NCBI GenBank assembly: GCA_964632485.1
Contig: CAZWDO010000006.1
Span: forward strand, 186,001 to 245,337
Direction of reading: 5' to 3'
Length of the DNA stretch: 59,337 nt
From: an uncultured bacterium
Lineage (GTDB): Bacteria; JAGOEH01
Shown: positions 20,028-29,691 of the stretch, piece by piece
Numbering within the stretch: the first letter of the stretch is position 1
Layout: every line of letters begins with the position of its first letter
Notes under the pieces: model-generated
Database searches by the model: none
What the model saw: only the letters and a program-made list of their open reading frames with translations
Told to the model about the DNA's origin: nothing
Position numbers and translations under genes: made by a program

Positions 20028-21380
20028 ATGACGGATAAAAAAAACAATCAACGCAAACAGCCATCCCGCTTTTGGTTGATCGCGGTAATCATGGGCTTAG
20101 GACATCTCCGCGCCGCTTATCCTTTCAGGGATTGGGCGTTACAGGGAAAAATCCTGGAAACTTCCAGTGATTTTTGTTCATTTGATGAGTATCATTTATG
20201 GAACCGCTTGCGGGAATGGTATTATAAAATGTCAAGAGCCACTGCCATTCCTTGGGCAGGGAAATTGGCCCTGGTTTTGGTAAGATGGTCTCAATTCATC
20301 CCCCCGCTGGATACGCCTCATCAGCATTCTGCCGGATTTGCAGTATGGTTTTTGCATTTCCTGATAAAGACCAAACGGTTGGGAGCTTCATTGCATAAAT
20401 TGACCGAACTTCATAGAACGCCCCAAATCCATACATTTTATGCGACGGCTTTAGCCATTGATTACTGGCAGAAGAGTTCGTTTAATTATCTGGTAATCTG
20501 TGATACGGATATCCATCGTATTTGGGCCGCATTGGATACCAGAGATTCACATATCAATTATCTGGTTCCATGCCGAAAAGCTCGCCAGCGGCTTCTGGCT
20601 TACGGTGTGCCCATTGACCATATTCATTTAACCGGTTTCCCTTTGCCTCCGGAAAATATCGGCGACCAGGAAAATCAGGAAATTTTGAAAATGGACCTGT
20701 CCCGGCGCCTGAGAACCCTTGATCCCAACGGTTGCCTGGATGAATCTTCAAAACAAGCTGTTGCGAAATTTCTTGGAACCGAATATTTATCAATTCCTGC
20801 TGTCAGTCCCCCCACTCTAATGTTCGCAGTAGGAGGCGCCGGCGCTCAATTGCGCCATCTTAAAACTGTTCTGGAAAACCTTGCGCCGTATATTCGCAGT
20901 GGTCAGCTACAAATTGTTCTTTCAGCCGGCATTCAGGAATCCGTCTATGAATCCTTTTTTAATTTTATTTTCCAATTGAAATTGGTTGAGGAACTCAAAC
21001 ATAAAAAAATCAGAATTGTCTATAGCCACAAATATTCAGAATATTTTGATCGATTCAATCTTGAATTAAGAAACACTGATTTAATTTGGACTAAGCCTAG
21101 TGAATTGAGTTTTTATTGCGGCCTGGGAATCCCTATTCTTATCAATCCTCCTTTAGGAACCCATGAGGAATCGAATCGAAATTGGCTATTGGAAGTGGGG
21201 GCCGGAATCGATATCCCTTCTGTTGATAAACAGTTTTACTATTGGTTTAAACAAAGACTACAGGATGGCTCCTGGGCCGCTATGGCCTGGCGTGGATGCC
21301 AGCGCGTTCGAAAATTGGGAACTTTTCGCATCATTAATCTGATCGAAAACCAAATGAAAAGCGCATATCCGAAATATTAA
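20028..21380 (+). CDS. GT-B fold glycosyltransferase-like protein (MGDG synthase-related)
   Basis: MGLGHLRAAYP, CDTDIHRIW, TGFPLP, VGGAGAQ, WTKPSELSFY, HEESNRNWL; start uncertain (20001-20028). Confidence 0.65.
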   Translation: MTDKKNNQRKQPSRFWLIAVIMGLGHLRAAYPFRDWALQGKILETSSDFCSFDEYHLWNRLREWYYKMSRATAIPWAGKLALVLVRWSQFIPPLDTPHQHSAGFAVWFLHFLIKTKRLGASLHKLTELHRTPQIHTFYATALAIDYWQKSSFNYLVICDTDIHRIWAALDTRDSHINYLVPCRKARQRLLAYGVPIDHIHLTGFPLPPENIGDQENQEILKMDLSRRLRTLDPNGCLDESSKQAVAKFLGTEYLSIPAVSPPTLMFAVGGAGAQLRHLKTVLENLAPYIRSGQLQIVLSAGIQESVYESFFNFIFQLKLVEELKHKKIRIVYSHKYSEYFDRFNLELRNTDLIWTKPSELSFYCGLGIPILINPPLGTHEESNRNWLLEVGAGIDIPSVDKQFYYWFKQRLQDGSWAAMAWRGCQRVRKLGTFRIINLIENQMKSAYPKY

Positions 21381-21529
21381 ACCAATATCCCCCTTTATAA
21401 TAAAACTTTCTGATTCAATCTCCGATTAGAAGTTCCCCGCCGGGATTAATCTTGTATTTGCAATGCCTATATCCACACCTTTCCTTTCAAATGGAAAGAT
21501 AGTGAGGAACAATTTTGTAATAGCCGATA

Positions 21530-22243
21530 TTAGTTAGAAAAATAGAGATGATTTTTTTGCACTGCCACATGATTAAGAGTGTACTGGAAAGGAACCAATA
21601 CAGGAATAGTGGAAACCGGATTGAATCTGTCTTCCAATTGAGTTGTTGCCGTTTCAGGAATTAGAAAGTGATTGATGATTGTTTTTTGACTTTTCAATTG
21701 AACCTGATTATTCTTAACCTCGATAGAAGTGGCGGTATAGCCGTCGATTTGATTGTTTTTTATAAATCCATTCAGTATTTCCTGAACCCGGGGTGATATT
21801 TGATCGATATTGATATTGAAAGAAGCCTCAATATAGGGTGGTTTCAGTTGCAAATCCAACTTGTTATATTTTTTGCTATAAAATTTTGCCCGCGCGTTAA
21901 CATATTCTTTAAGCGATTTTGGTGAAACCAGAATACCGATTTTCATATCCTGATAACTATGCAAATAAAAAATCTTCCGTTTTTCAAGGTCTTCCCGATT
22001 GAATACGGGATTATCATATTGGAGCGTTATATGATCAGCTTTCATCATGTCGATTTGCACGCTATCCATTTTGATGATCATCTGTTGTATCTTGTTTTGC
22101 GCGTCAATAATTGTTTTCACTTCGATACGGCTGCATTTTACATAACTTCTCAGAACTTCGGTTAATAACTTATCCATACTATTTTGCGCCCATAGTGGCT
22201 GGGTGAATAAACCAATAAAAAATAAAAGCCCTATAAGGCGCAT
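21530..22243 (-). CDS. Exported hypothetical protein (possibly LmeA/DUF2993-like lipid-binding)
   Basis: Signal peptide MRLIGLLFFIGLFTQPLWAQ; beta-rich body; family call tentative. Confidence 0.5.
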   Translation of the reverse strand: MRLIGLLFFIGLFTQPLWAQNSMDKLLTEVLRSYVKCSRIEVKTIIDAQNKIQQMIIKMDSVQIDMMKADHITLQYDNPVFNREDLEKRKIFYLHSYQDMKIGILVSPKSLKEYVNARAKFYSKKYNKLDLQLKPPYIEASFNINIDQISPRVQEILNGFIKNNQIDGYTATSIEVKNNQVQLKSQKTIINHFLIPETATTQLEDRFNPVSTIPVLVPFQYTLNHVAVQKNHLYFSN

Positions 22244-22250
22244 ATTTCGA

Positions 22251-22652
22251 TCACTTTTTTTGAATAAGTGTTCCGTTTTCAATGGCAAACTCCTTTAATT
22301 GATAGTGAGCAGGGGAGGGAACTTCGATTCGATATTCGTGAATACCATCGGTTCGATAATGAAAAGATTGTTGAGTGGCAGGATCCAACGGCAATTTTTC
22401 AATAAAATCAGGTGAAAGCAGCTCCAATTTTTCAGGGTACTCCATTTTCATCACAAAATGACTCTCCACAGCATTGGCCAGTTCCCTCAAATAGGTCTCC
22501 GCTTCGATACTGGTTTGTGAGAATTCGCGTTGGGGTGGGCGGCGGTTTTCCACTTGTCCCTGCCGATAGAGATAATAAACAAACAACAATATTCCAATCA
22601 AACAAATAATAATAACCGACATACTATATAGAATGATCTTCTTGAATTTCAT
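22251..22652 (-). CDS. Single-TM protein with pseudopilin GspG-like C-terminal motif
   Basis: TM helix then YPEKLELLSPDFIEKLPLDPATQQSFHY; AAGGAGA RBS. Confidence 0.5.
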   Translation of the reverse strand: MKFKKIILYSMSVIIICLIGILLFVYYLYRQGQVENRRPPQREFSQTSIEAETYLRELANAVESHFVMKMEYPEKLELLSPDFIEKLPLDPATQQSFHYRTDGIHEYRIEVPSPAHYQLKEFAIENGTLIQKK

Positions 22653-22744
22653 CGAATCTCCTTTCATATTGATACGTTTTAACTACAATTGATGGTTTTG
22701 GTTCCAAAAAATATAAAAGCAAGGTAATGTGAGTCGATTTTATC

Positions 22745-22772
22745 TTGACAAATCGATTTTTTTTTATATATT
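22745..22772 (+). promoter_or_regulatory. Sigma70-type promoter
   Basis: TTGACA-N16-TATATT upstream of site-2 protease. Confidence 0.5.
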
Positions 22773-22799
22773 ATATCGAACATTAGTCAAAGGAAAATA

Positions 22800-23420
22800 A
22801 TGAATTTCAAACAAATTGCAATACATGCCATATTAATTGCAATAACGATTCATGAATATGCGCATGGGTATATCGCATATCGGCTGGGGGACAACACCGC
22901 TTTTTTTGCTGGTCGATTGACCCTGAACCCCCTGAAACATATTGACCCCATCGGCACGTTGATGTTGCTTTTCGCCGGATTCGGCTGGGCCAAACCGGTG
23001 CCGGTCAATCCCTACAATCTTATGAATCCTAAGCGCGACATGGTGTTGGTTTCCCTGGCTGGACCGGCTAGTAATCTGATTTTAGCCGTGTTTTTCACGC
23101 TGGTCTTTCGTTTACTGCCCGTCGGAGTTTTTCAGGTCGGATTTGGTGATTCGTTGTTTACGATGCTTTATTTAACCATCCAATTCAATGTCGTGTTAGC
23201 CTGGTTTAACCTGATTCCACTCCCTCCCCTGGATGGGTTTAAAATCTTAGCGGGTTTACTGCCCCATCGACTGAGCGCCAAATTAATGGCTTATGAGCAG
23301 ATTGGCTCATTTTTTTTAGTGGGACTTTTCCTCTTAGGGGCTCTTACGGGAATTTCCATCATCGGCAAGATTTTTTTCCCCTTTGTTCAGTTTACCTTAT
23401 CACTATTACTTGGAAATTGA
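22800..23420 (+). CDS. Site-2 protease (M50 family metalloprotease)
   Basis: HEYAH zinc motif, [39 protein letters not shown]. Confidence 0.95.
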   Translation: MNFKQIAIHAILIAITIHEYAHGYIAYRLGDNTAFFAGRLTLNPLKHIDPIGTLMLLFAGFGWAKPVPVNPYNLMNPKRDMVLVSLAGPASNLILAVFFTLVFRLLPVGVFQVGFGDSLFTMLYLTIQFNVVLAWFNLIPLPPLDGFKILAGLLPHRLSAKLMAYEQIGSFFLVGLFLLGALTGISIIGKIFFPFVQFTLSLLLGN

Positions 23421-23439
23421 CGGGAATAGAATAACGAAT

Positions 23440-23658
23440 ATGAGTAGTTTTTTTAGACTAAAGGAACCTCGCAAATTTCATTTGCCGGGTTTTGAAGATA
23501 GCCGTGAACTTGATAACGAATTTCGCCGTCAGGAACACCGGATTCACTTCAAACGCCCTTCGCGGGATAATTCTCGTCATTTCGCGCTGGCATTTTTAGT
23601 TGTTTTGCTATTGGTCCTTTTTATCATCATACGTTTATTTCGCGATATTAATTTTTAA
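23440..23658 (+). CDS. Small hypothetical protein with C-terminal TM helix
   Basis: MSSFFRLKEPRKFH...hydrophobic tail; sits within operon. Confidence 0.55.
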   Translation: MSSFFRLKEPRKFHLPGFEDSRELDNEFRRQEHRIHFKRPSRDNSRHFALAFLVVLLLVLFIIIRLFRDINF

Positions 23659-23680
23659 CAGTGCTTAAAACTATGAACCG

Positions 23681-24439
23681 ATGGTAAGAAATATGGCTCA
23701 GAATCATTGGATTGTTAAAGAAACCTATCAGAAGTGGCGGGAAGCGCCGCTGCGGTCAATATCTCCGCAAACTCGCAGTTACCAGTATTTTTTTTCTTCC
23801 AGTCAGAATCGCCTGCTGATGAGTGATCTGTTTTTAGGATTGACCGAGGATGAGAGCCTGCTTCTGAATGTTGGCGTAGCATTGTGCAATTCCTTTTCCA
23901 CACCTCAAAAGTACGCGGTATACCTTCAACCCCGCTACTACTTTAAACGATCCATTCCCTTTAAGAATCTGCGTTCATTAATCACGCTTAATGAAAATGA
24001 AAGACTCTTTACAATTGAATCTCCCTTATGTCAGCTCAATGAAGTTCAATGGCACGAAATTCTGAGCTTTATTCGTGAAATTGACCCTTTTGGGGTTGAA
24101 ATTATTCAGCATTTACATGATTTCAATACCCAACGCGAATACCTGGAAGCGATTGTAGCCATTTTGGACCGTTTTCAATGCGATGTGAATGAACGGCAGG
24201 AAGTCTTTTTGATTCTCCGCAATCTGTTAAACTGGAATCCCGAGTATTTGGAGGGACGTACTGAACTGGAAGAAATGTTTTCTTTTTTAAAGTATTCGCT
24301 TCATATCGAAGATTTTCCATTCGAAGAGCGTCTTGAGATTCTGGATGATCTCCTTTCTAACTGGATGCGTTATGTGAACCACCTCCCCAAACGCTTGATT
24401 GAACACCTGCAAAATATAAAAAATCCATTTTTGTTATGA
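23681..24439 (+). CDS. Hypothetical helical protein
   Basis: 252-aa ORF; stop overlaps next ATG (ATGA). Confidence 0.6.
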   Translation: MVRNMAQNHWIVKETYQKWREAPLRSISPQTRSYQYFFSSSQNRLLMSDLFLGLTEDESLLLNVGVALCNSFSTPQKYAVYLQPRYYFKRSIPFKNLRSLITLNENERLFTIESPLCQLNEVQWHEILSFIREIDPFGVEIIQHLHDFNTQREYLEAIVAILDRFQCDVNERQEVFLILRNLLNWNPEYLEGRTELEEMFSFLKYSLHIEDFPFEERLEILDDLLSNWMRYVNHLPKRLIEHLQNIKNPFLL

Positions 24440-25521
24440 ATCGCCGGTCTTTTCTGGGATATTGCCTTTTAGGGTCCTGGAGTTTTGTAAATGGAATTTG
24501 GGGTAGGGAAGGTTTTAAAGAAGCCTGCTTTTATTCTAGAGATAATGGGATTATTACCTGCAGGCTTTGCCCGCATGAATGCCGATTGTCTGAAGGCCAA
24601 AGCGGTTTATGCCGTGTTCGCCGCCATATACACGGACAATTAGTTAATACAAGTTATAGTGAAATATGCGCCCTCCATATCGACCCCATTGAAAAAAAAC
24701 CGTTTTACCATTTTTATCCCGGCCGTCTGGCTTTCTCTCTGGCATCTGCGGGATGCAACCTGCGATGCCGATACTGTCAAAACTGGGAAATTTCTCAAGC
24801 CACCCCCGCTGAAACACAATCGGAAACATGGCTTCCTGAAAAACTGGTCAAAACCTCGCATGAGCGGGAAATTCCCATTGTAGCCTTTACTTATACAGAA
24901 CCGGTTGTTTCTTACGAGTATCTGCGCGATGTGGCCACTTTATCAAAAAAACATGGGTTGCATACTGCCCTGATTAGCGCCGGCTACATCCAACCCACAC
25001 CACTTCAAGAACTATTGCCGCTGCTGAGCGCCGTGAAAATTGATCTGAAAGGGTTTACTGAAAATTTTTATCAAAAAATTTGTGGCGGTAAACTTGAACC
25101 GGTTTTACGCAATTTGGAAATTATTAAAAATTCTGGTTGCTGGTTGGAAATCGTTTATTTGGTGATTCCCGGTATGAACGATAGTGATAAAGAGATTGGT
25201 TCTATGGCCCGTTGGGTAGCGCAAAACCTCGGAATCGATACTCCATTGCATATCAGCCGGTTCTATCCCAATTTTCAAATGAAGGATTTTCCTCCCACTC
25301 CCTTGAAAACAATTGAAAATGCGTGTTCTATTGCCCAGTCCGAAGGTGTGCGCTATGTTTATGCCGGTAACATAACCGGGCACCACAATGAAAATACATT
25401 CTGCCCCATTTGCGGCAAATTATTGATCCAACGCTATGGTTATGCCGTACTCCAACAAAATTTGCAGGGAAATCAATGCCCTCAATGTCAACACACTATT
25501 GCTGGAATCTGGAATGATTAA
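24436..25521 (+). CDS. amrS: AmmeMemoRadiSam system radical SAM enzyme
   Basis: CRLCPHEC, DPIEKKPFYHFYPG, CNLRCRYCQNWEISQ (CxxxCxxC), AFTYTEP, YVYAGN, TFCPICG. Confidence 0.9.
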   Translation: MNRRSFLGYCLLGSWSFVNGIWGREGFKEACFYSRDNGIITCRLCPHECRLSEGQSGLCRVRRHIHGQLVNTSYSEICALHIDPIEKKPFYHFYPGRLAFSLASAGCNLRCRYCQNWEISQATPAETQSETWLPEKLVKTSHEREIPIVAFTYTEPVVSYEYLRDVATLSKKHGLHTALISAGYIQPTPLQELLPLLSAVKIDLKGFTENFYQKICGGKLEPVLRNLEIIKNSGCWLEIVYLVIPGMNDSDKEIGSMARWVAQNLGIDTPLHISRFYPNFQMKDFPPTPLKTIENACSIAQSEGVRYVYAGNITGHHNENTFCPICGKLLIQRYGYAVLQQNLQGNQCPQCQHTIAGIWND

Positions 25522-25690
25522 ACTATTTTATCTGACCATAATTTTGGATATCATGCTTGAAGGGTTCTTATCCCGAAATTGCTTTGCCGCTTTGATTGTA
25601 TAAAAATGGGTTTTATCATGTTCGTTGATTGAGAACCGAGGTTAATGCTCGAAACAAAGGTTTATCAATAATTTAAAAAGAGAGGGAATA

Positions 25691-28018
25691 ATGCGCTATT
25701 TTTTAGTTGCCTGTTGGTTGCTGTGTATTTCAATTTCCGTTTGGGGAAAAGAGGTCGGCTGTATTTGCGGTAAAGTAGTGGATGCTCGAACCAAGGAACC
25801 GCTGATCGGCGTCAATATACGGGCGCTTGAAACTACGCTCGGCGCCGCTACAGATGGTGAAGGAAATTATGTCATTCAGGGACTTGAAGTAGGGTCCTAT
25901 CGCCTGGAGTATCGTTTTATCGGGTATAAAACCGTAATAAAAACGGACCTGCCGGTCGTTTCTAATAAACCGATCAATATCAATGTCGAGATGATTGAAG
26001 AAGATTTTACATTAACCGAAGTGAATGTAACGATCGGGTATTTTGAAATTGAAGAACAGAATCAGGTCAGCAATATTAGTTTGTCCCGGGAAGAAATCCG
26101 CCGATTCCCCGGCGGGTTTGAGGATGTTGCCCGCACTGTCTCTACACTGCCGGGAGTGGCTGTCAATCAATCCGGCGGTCGGAACGATCTGTTGGTTCGG
26201 GGAGGCGGACCCAGCGAGAACCTTTTCATAATTAATAATCTCGAAGTTCCCAATATCAATCATTTCGGTTCCCAGGGCAGCAGCAGCGGCAGCTTGAGTT
26301 TTATCAATCTTGATTTTGTTGAAAATGTTTCTTTTTCTACCGGGGGATTCGGTGTTCGTTTTGGCGATAAATTATCTTCGGTACTGGAAATTGATTTGGC
26401 AAAAGGCCGTAAAGATCGACTGGGCGGAAAGGGTTTAGTTTCAGCGACTCAGTTCGGTTTTAATCTGGAAGGACCTATCAGCCAACGCGGAAATTTTATT
26501 TTCTCTGCGCGCAAAAGCTATCTTGATCTGATTTTTAAAGCGGCGGGATTACCCTTCATTCCGGTTTATACCGATTTCAATCTGGTTGCTAATTACGATT
26601 TTGCCTCAGGCGATCAGCTTTTTATTCTGGGACTGGCCGCTATTGACCGCGTTGACCGCGACCAAAGCGATTTGGAAAAACGGGTCACCAATGCCGGCAT
26701 TATGGATAACACCCAGAATCAGTTTGTGGGTGGCGCCAATTTTCGGCATCTAATCACTAAAGGCTATCTCGATTTTGCAATTAATTTAAATTACAACCAG
26801 TATCGGTTCAGCCAGGTTGACAGCAATGAAATCGAGTATTTTAACAGTCGGGCCGATGAATCCGAAACTGTCATTCGCGCGCAACATTATATGTCTCTAT
26901 CCAAAAAACTTGGAATTAGCAGCGGAATCGTCGCTAAATTCTCTCAGTTGGATAATCATACCGTTTTTGCGGATACGATTTATGATCGTAGTGGACGCAA
27001 AGTGGTCCCTTCAGATTTAGGACTGCCTCTTCTCAGTAATCAAAACCAACATGTAGCAAAATATGGCGTATTTGCAGAATTTGACTGGATGTTGATAAAA
27101 GGATTGGAAATCGCCGCGGGTCTGCGATCCGATACCTATGATTTCATTCGGCAAAAGCAGTGGTGGTCGCCACGCTTTTCAGCGCGTTGGGCGGTTAATC
27201 CGCTGCTGACCTTAAAATTTAGCTCCGGTCTTTATTATCAGGCCCCCAGCTATGTCTGGGTTGCCAATCCCGCCAATCGCTCACTCAAGGCCTTAAAAAA
27301 TCTGATGACGGTTTTGGGATTTGATTATCTTTGGCGTTATGACCTTCGTATGACCATTGAATGTTACTATAAGAAGTATGATCAATTGCCCACCGGCGCC
27401 CGCGCAGGGGTCACTGATTATCTGGTGCTGACCAATACCGGAACCGGTTTTGGCGGCCGGGAAGACGATTTTCAATCTTTCGGATATATCGATCTTCTCT
27501 CTCAGGCCCAAGGTAAAGCGTACGGCGCTGAATGGAGTATCCAAAAAAAATATTCGGATGTTCCTGCTTATGGTCAGATTACTCTGAGTTGGGGAAAAAG
27601 CGAATATCGTCCTTTGAATGGTAACACCTACCCCGGCCAGTATGATCAGCGGGTAATTTTTAATCTGTCTGCCGGTTATAAAATCAATGATCGCTGGGAA
27701 ATAAGCGGGAAATTCCGCTATTTTACAGGAATCCCCTATACTCCGGTTTATGTTCCCGGTCCGGAAACAGATTTTCAAATTCAAAAACTTCCGGAAGAAT
27801 ACTTAAGCGCTCGGTTGGATGCCGGCCATCATCTGGATTTGCGTGTCGATCATTATATCAATACAGCGTGTTGCGCGATAAAATTGTTCATTGATGTCCA
27901 AAATGTTTATAATTACACGTTACCGGTTCGGCCGGTTTACGATTTTTGGGCCGGAAAGATTGAAACATCCAACAGCATTGGCCTGTTGCCTTCCATCGGT
28001 ATTAGTATCGATTTTTAA
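25691..28018 (+). CDS. TonB-dependent receptor with carboxypeptidase-regulatory-like N-domain
   Basis: Signal peptide, GKVVDARTKEPLIGVNI, plug LPGV...VRGG...EN, terminal Phe. Confidence 0.9.
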   Translation: MRYFLVACWLLCISISVWGKEVGCICGKVVDARTKEPLIGVNIRALETTLGAATDGEGNYVIQGLEVGSYRLEYRFIGYKTVIKTDLPVVSNKPININVEMIEEDFTLTEVNVTIGYFEIEEQNQVSNISLSREEIRRFPGGFEDVARTVSTLPGVAVNQSGGRNDLLVRGGGPSENLFIINNLEVPNINHFGSQGSSSGSLSFINLDFVENVSFSTGGFGVRFGDKLSSVLEIDLAKGRKDRLGGKGLVSATQFGFNLEGPISQRGNFIFSARKSYLDLIFKAAGLPFIPVYTDFNLVANYDFASGDQLFILGLAAIDRVDRDQSDLEKRVTNAGIMDNTQNQFVGGANFRHLITKGYLDFAINLNYNQYRFSQVDSNEIEYFNSRADESETVIRAQHYMSLSKKLGISSGIVAKFSQLDNHTVFADTIYDRSGRKVVPSDLGLPLLSNQNQHVAKYGVFAEFDWMLIKGLEIAAGLRSDTYDFIRQKQWWSPRFSARWAVNPLLTLKFSSGLYYQAPSYVWVANPANRSLKALKNLMTVLGFDYLWRYDLRMTIECYYKKYDQLPTGARAGVTDYLVLTNTGTGFGGREDDFQSFGYIDLLSQAQGKAYGAEWSIQKKYSDVPAYGQITLSWGKSEYRPLNGNTYPGQYDQRVIFNLSAGYKINDRWEISGKFRYFTGIPYTPVYVPGPETDFQIQKLPEEYLSARLDAGHHLDLRVDHYINTACCAIKLFIDVQNVYNYTLPVRPVYDFWAGKIETSNSIGLLPSIGISIDF

Positions 28019-28140
28019 AACCACCTTCCATTTATGGCCAGTCGATTAACGGGTCAAGCCCCGTTATGATGCTGAATAGGAGGGTTGAATGCGCGCTTTA
28101 TCGACACGCGCCCATAAATTTTAATAAGAGAGGAGTATTA

Positions 28141-29139
28141 ATGAAATATCGTCAATTTGGAAAAACGGAACTGGTCGTGTCAGAAATCGGTTTTGGCGCA
28201 TGGGCAATCGGAGGTTCCGCCATGGCAGGGAACGTAGCGATCGGCTGGGGCCATTCAGATGACCAGTTGTCGCGGGACGCGATCCGCCAGGCCGTTGGTC
28301 AGGGAATCAATTTCTTCGATACCGCTGATTTTTATGGTTTGGGACATAGCGAAACACTTTTAGGCGAGGTTTTATCTGAACTTTCAGAACAGGTCTTGAT
28401 TGCCACTAAAGTTGGACATCAATTAGCTACTGATGGTTCAATCCATTTAAATTATAAAAAAAACTATATCATCAGCGCTTGCGAAGCCAGCTTGAAACGT
28501 TTGCGCCGTGAGTGTATCGATCTATATCAGCTCCATAGCGCAAAAATCACCCACCTCGAAAATGGTGAATCCATCGAAGCTATGGAACTGCTGAAACAGC
28601 AAGGTAAAATCCGATATTGGGGACTCTCCCTGAATACCTACCAGCCGGAACCGGAAAGCCGCTTTCTGATGGAACGCGGGCTGGCTGATAGTTTTCAAGT
28701 AGTTCTGAATCTGATTAATCAAAATGGTCTGGAATACGTAATTCCAACTGCAGCGGAAAAAGGGTACGGCCTGATTGCCCGTATGCCTCTGCAATTTGGT
28801 TTACTAACCGGAAAATTTACGAAAGATACACGGTTCCAACCGGACGATCACCGAACTTTCCGATTGGCCCCCGTATTGTTGGACCATGCCATTGACGCCC
28901 TCTTTCCCGTTTGGGAAATGGCTTATCAATACCATCTGACACCCGCTCAATTGGCGTTTGGGTTTATTCTTTCTCACCCTGAAATCAGTACCATTATTCC
29001 CGGAATGAGAACCCCACGGCAGGTCATCGAAAATTCACAGGATGCTCTGAAATTGAATGAGAAGGATTTGGATTTTCTTCATCATTACTTTAAGAGTGAT
29101 CTATTCCACTTGTTGGAAGAGATGAAACAGCTCGGGTAA
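28141..29139 (+). CDS. Aldo/keto reductase
   Basis: VSEIGFGAWAIGG, FFDTADFYG, IATKVG, SLKRLRRECIDLYQLH, GKIRYWG; GAGGAG RBS. Confidence 0.93.
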   Translation: MKYRQFGKTELVVSEIGFGAWAIGGSAMAGNVAIGWGHSDDQLSRDAIRQAVGQGINFFDTADFYGLGHSETLLGEVLSELSEQVLIATKVGHQLATDGSIHLNYKKNYIISACEASLKRLRRECIDLYQLHSAKITHLENGESIEAMELLKQQGKIRYWGLSLNTYQPEPESRFLMERGLADSFQVVLNLINQNGLEYVIPTAAEKGYGLIARMPLQFGLLTGKFTKDTRFQPDDHRTFRLAPVLLDHAIDALFPVWEMAYQYHLTPAQLAFGFILSHPEISTIIPGMRTPRQVIENSQDALKLNEKDLDFLHHYFKSDLFHLLEEMKQLG

Positions 29140-29278
29140 ATTATAATTTTCTCTGGCCAAAATAACATTTTTTTCCACTGAATTTAATCGCAGAAATAAT
29201 GTCGCTTCCTGTTAATTGTGGAAGCGGCGCAGAAATAATAGAAAATCATTGAAAATCATTTTAAATTAAAAAAGGGAC

Positions 29279-29306
29279 TTGACAAAGGAATTTTTATTGT
29301 TATATT
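29279..29306 (+). promoter_or_regulatory. Sigma70-type promoter for cupin-hcp
   Basis: TTGACA-N16-TATATT with TGn extended -10. Confidence 0.5.
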
Positions 29307-29343
29307 ATTATTGTTAGGAAACCGAACTAAAACGGAGGAACCT

Positions 29344-29670
29344 ATGAAAAAACATTCGTGGCGAACCGAAGGCGGATTTGAGAATCCGCATGGGATTCAG
29401 GCTCAACGGCTCTATGATGCGGCTGAAGCGGAGATTATTCACATGTTTTTATCTCCGGGTCAAGTCGTAAAACCGCATTTCACGCCCGTTAATGTGTCGT
29501 TTTATGTATTGGAAGGTGAATTAGAAATTACAATTGGTGATGAAATTGAAACCATTGGCAGAGATTTTTTAGTGGAGAGTCCGGCTAATATCGCGCACAG
29601 TTTACGCAATATTAGCGCAAGCAATGCCAGGGTTTTGGTAATCAAGCATCCCAAACCTGCTAAACGATAA
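29344..29670 (+). CDS. Cupin domain protein
   Basis: PHFTP...FYVLEGE...SPANIAHSLRN cupin motifs; GGAGG RBS. Confidence 0.88.
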   Translation: MKKHSWRTEGGFENPHGIQAQRLYDAAEAEIIHMFLSPGQVVKPHFTPVNVSFYVLEGELEITIGDEIETIGRDFLVESPANIAHSLRNISASNARVLVIKHPKPAKR

Positions 29671-29691
29671 CCATTTCCCAAGGAGGAAACT

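Noticed and set aside
19817-20038. Small ORF between the two glycosyltransferases
   Set aside because: Overlaps both neighbours and has no recognisable motif or clear RBS; cannot be supported.
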